From: Tubiluchus corallicola
Lineage: Eukaryota; Animalia; Priapulida
Direction of reading: 5' to 3'
DNA: 52,961 nt
NCBI GenBank assembly: GCA_030141605.1
Contig: JAQGDQ010001240.1
Location: 1-52,961 of the forward strand
The translations under genes were made by a program, and so were the position numbers. Under the pieces are notes generated by a model. It worked only from the letters and a program-made list of their open reading frames with translations, was not told the DNA's origin and ran no database searches. Positions 50,772-52,961 of this stretch are shown piece after piece; position 1 is the stretch's first letter, and each line of letters starts with the position of its first letter.

Positions 50772-52331
50772 CTAGCCAAACCCCACAAAAAGAATTTTGT
50801 GCACAAATCAACACAAAACCCACACCACACCACTCCACCTCATCACACCACACTGCACCACACCATACCACTCCACCACATCACACCGCACAGCACCACA
50901 CCATAACACCACACTGCACCACACCACCCACCCACCTACACACCACACCACCCACACCATACCACTCCACCACATCACACCACACCGCACCACACCATAC
51001 CACCTACACACCACACCACCCACACCATACCACTCCACCACATCACACCACACTGCACCACACCATACCACTGCACCACCCACACACCACACCACACCAC
51101 CCACACCATAATACTCCACACTGCACCACACCGCACAGCACCACACCATAACACCACACTGCACCACACCGCACAGCACCACACCATAACACCACACTGC
51201 ACCACACCGCACAGCACCACACCATAACACCACACTGCACCACACCACCCACCAACCTACACACCACACCGCACCACACCATACCGCTGCAGCACACCGC
51301 ACCACACCACACCACCCACACCATACGACTCCACCACATCACACCACACTGCACCACACCATACCACTGCACCGCACCACCCACACACCACACCACACCA
51401 CCCACACCATAATACTCCACCACATCACACCGCACAGCACCACACAATAACACCACACTGCACCACACCACCCACCCACCTACACACCACACCACCCACA
51501 CCATACCACTCCACCACATCACACCACACCGCACCACAACATACCACTGCAGCACACCGCACGACCTACATACCACACCACACCAACCACACCATACGAC
51601 TCCACCACATCACACCACACTGCACCACACCATACCACATCACACCGCACTGCACCACACCATAACACCACACCGCACCACAACACCCACCCACCCACAC
51701 ACCACACCACCCACTCCAAACCACACTACCCACACCACACCCCACACACCCTATCACCCCACCACACCATCCATAGCACAACACACAAAGCACACCACCA
51801 CCACACCACATCAAATCCACCACCTCACGTGGTGATCATGATGTTGATGATGATGATGGTGGCAACGATGACGACACCTATAGCACAAGCACCAACAGCA
51901 CAGCATTACAACAAAACCAGTCCAAACATTTTTCACAAAGTTGAAACTATGTGCTATAATATAATAAATAGCAAAGGCCCCGCAAAAGATTTTGCGTATA
52001 AATACACGTGTAATCAATAATACGCGAACATCCTACCTAGTCCACATTTATAACACAAAGCCCGTAACATCGTGCCTACCGTTTGTTTAACTAACGCAAA
52101 GCCTGTAGCTTTTTGCTGAATTAAAGTTATAAGATTATAGACAGAGTACAATGGATGACGTCACAACAATGCCTTTGCGTCAGCAGTTTTCTAAGTGAAA
52201 ATTGCCGAAAATGGAACTTCTAATTAACTCGCCAGTACTCCTCTCGGTGGACCTGCCCTAAAATATATCCCACATCATCGTGTAGCCCTGTCCTTCCTCT
52301 TTGTAAAGAGCTATATATCTCCTTCCGAGAG
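50772..52331 (-). mobile_element. Helitron unit 2, head-to-tail with unit 1, 5' part replaced by an inversion
   Basis: Direct homolog of 49220-50326; junction CTAG|TC at 50772/50771. Confidence 0.75.
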
Positions 52332-52961
52332 GGCCAGGGCGCCCCGCAACGGGCGTTTTCCCGGACCCAACTCGCGATTTTTTCGAAATTTTGACCAAAC
52401 AGCATGCGGGAAAAACGTTCTAGCGGCGCCCGGTGGGACTCTCGGAAGGAGATATATAGCTCTTTACAAAGAGGAAGGACAGGGCTACACGATGATGTGG
52501 GCTATATGTTAGGGCAGGTCCACCGAGAGGAGTATCAACGAGTTAGTTAGGAGTTCTATTTTCGGCAATTTTCGCTTAGAAAACTGCTGACGCAAAGGCA
52601 TTGTTGTGACGTCATCCATTGTACTCTGTCTATAATCTTATAACTTTAATTCAGCAAAAAGCTACAGGCTTTGCGTTAGTTAAACAAACAGTAGGCATGA
52701 TGTTACGGGCTTTGTGTAATAAATGAGGACTAGGTAGGATGTTCGCGTATTATTGATTATACGTGGTTTTTTACGCAAAATCTTTTGCGGGGCCTTTGCT
52801 ATTTATTATATTATAGCACATAGTTTCAACTTTGTGAAAAATGTTTGGAATGGTTTTGTTGTAATTCTGTGCTGTTGGTGCTTGTGCTATAGGTGTCGTC
52901 ATCGTTGCCACCATCATCATCATCATGATCACCACGTGAGGTGGTGGATTTGATGTGGTGT
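52325..52961 (+). mobile_element. Inverted Helitron unit 3 (partial, runs off the window)
   Basis: Reverse complement of unit 1 from 50440 leftwards. Confidence 0.8.

Noticed and set aside
49168-51823. His/Thr/Pro-rich and Val/Trp/Cys-rich ORFs
   Set aside because: Translations of the CACAC satellite inside the Helitron units

Overview
AT-rich invertebrate-type animal genomic DNA with spliceosomal introns and a 199-N scaffold gap (25471-25669). The centre (11.9-35.4 kb) is a cluster of rearranged copies of one LTR-retroelement family. The family has ~473-bp AGT...ACT LTRs, a putative PBS, a PPT, a Ty3/gypsy gag and an errantivirus/baculovirus-F-type env. Unusually, it also carries an intronless nuclear receptor gene (C4 zinc fingers plus LBD), several small accessory ORFs apparently fed by a shared spliced leader, and a two-exon antisense gene. 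It looks like a 'complex' invertebrate endogenous retrovirus with a captured nuclear receptor; no pol is visible. Two copies sit back-to-back across the gap, and the inner 5.2 kb is an apparently exact inverted duplicate (possibly an assembly artefact). The left flank holds exons of a trypsin-family protease, an LRR pseudogene, LINE debris and six minisatellites. The right flank is non-coding/low-complexity DNA ending in a tandem non-autonomous Helitron array with a fold-back inversion. All calls are from visual motif recognition; no database searches were run.
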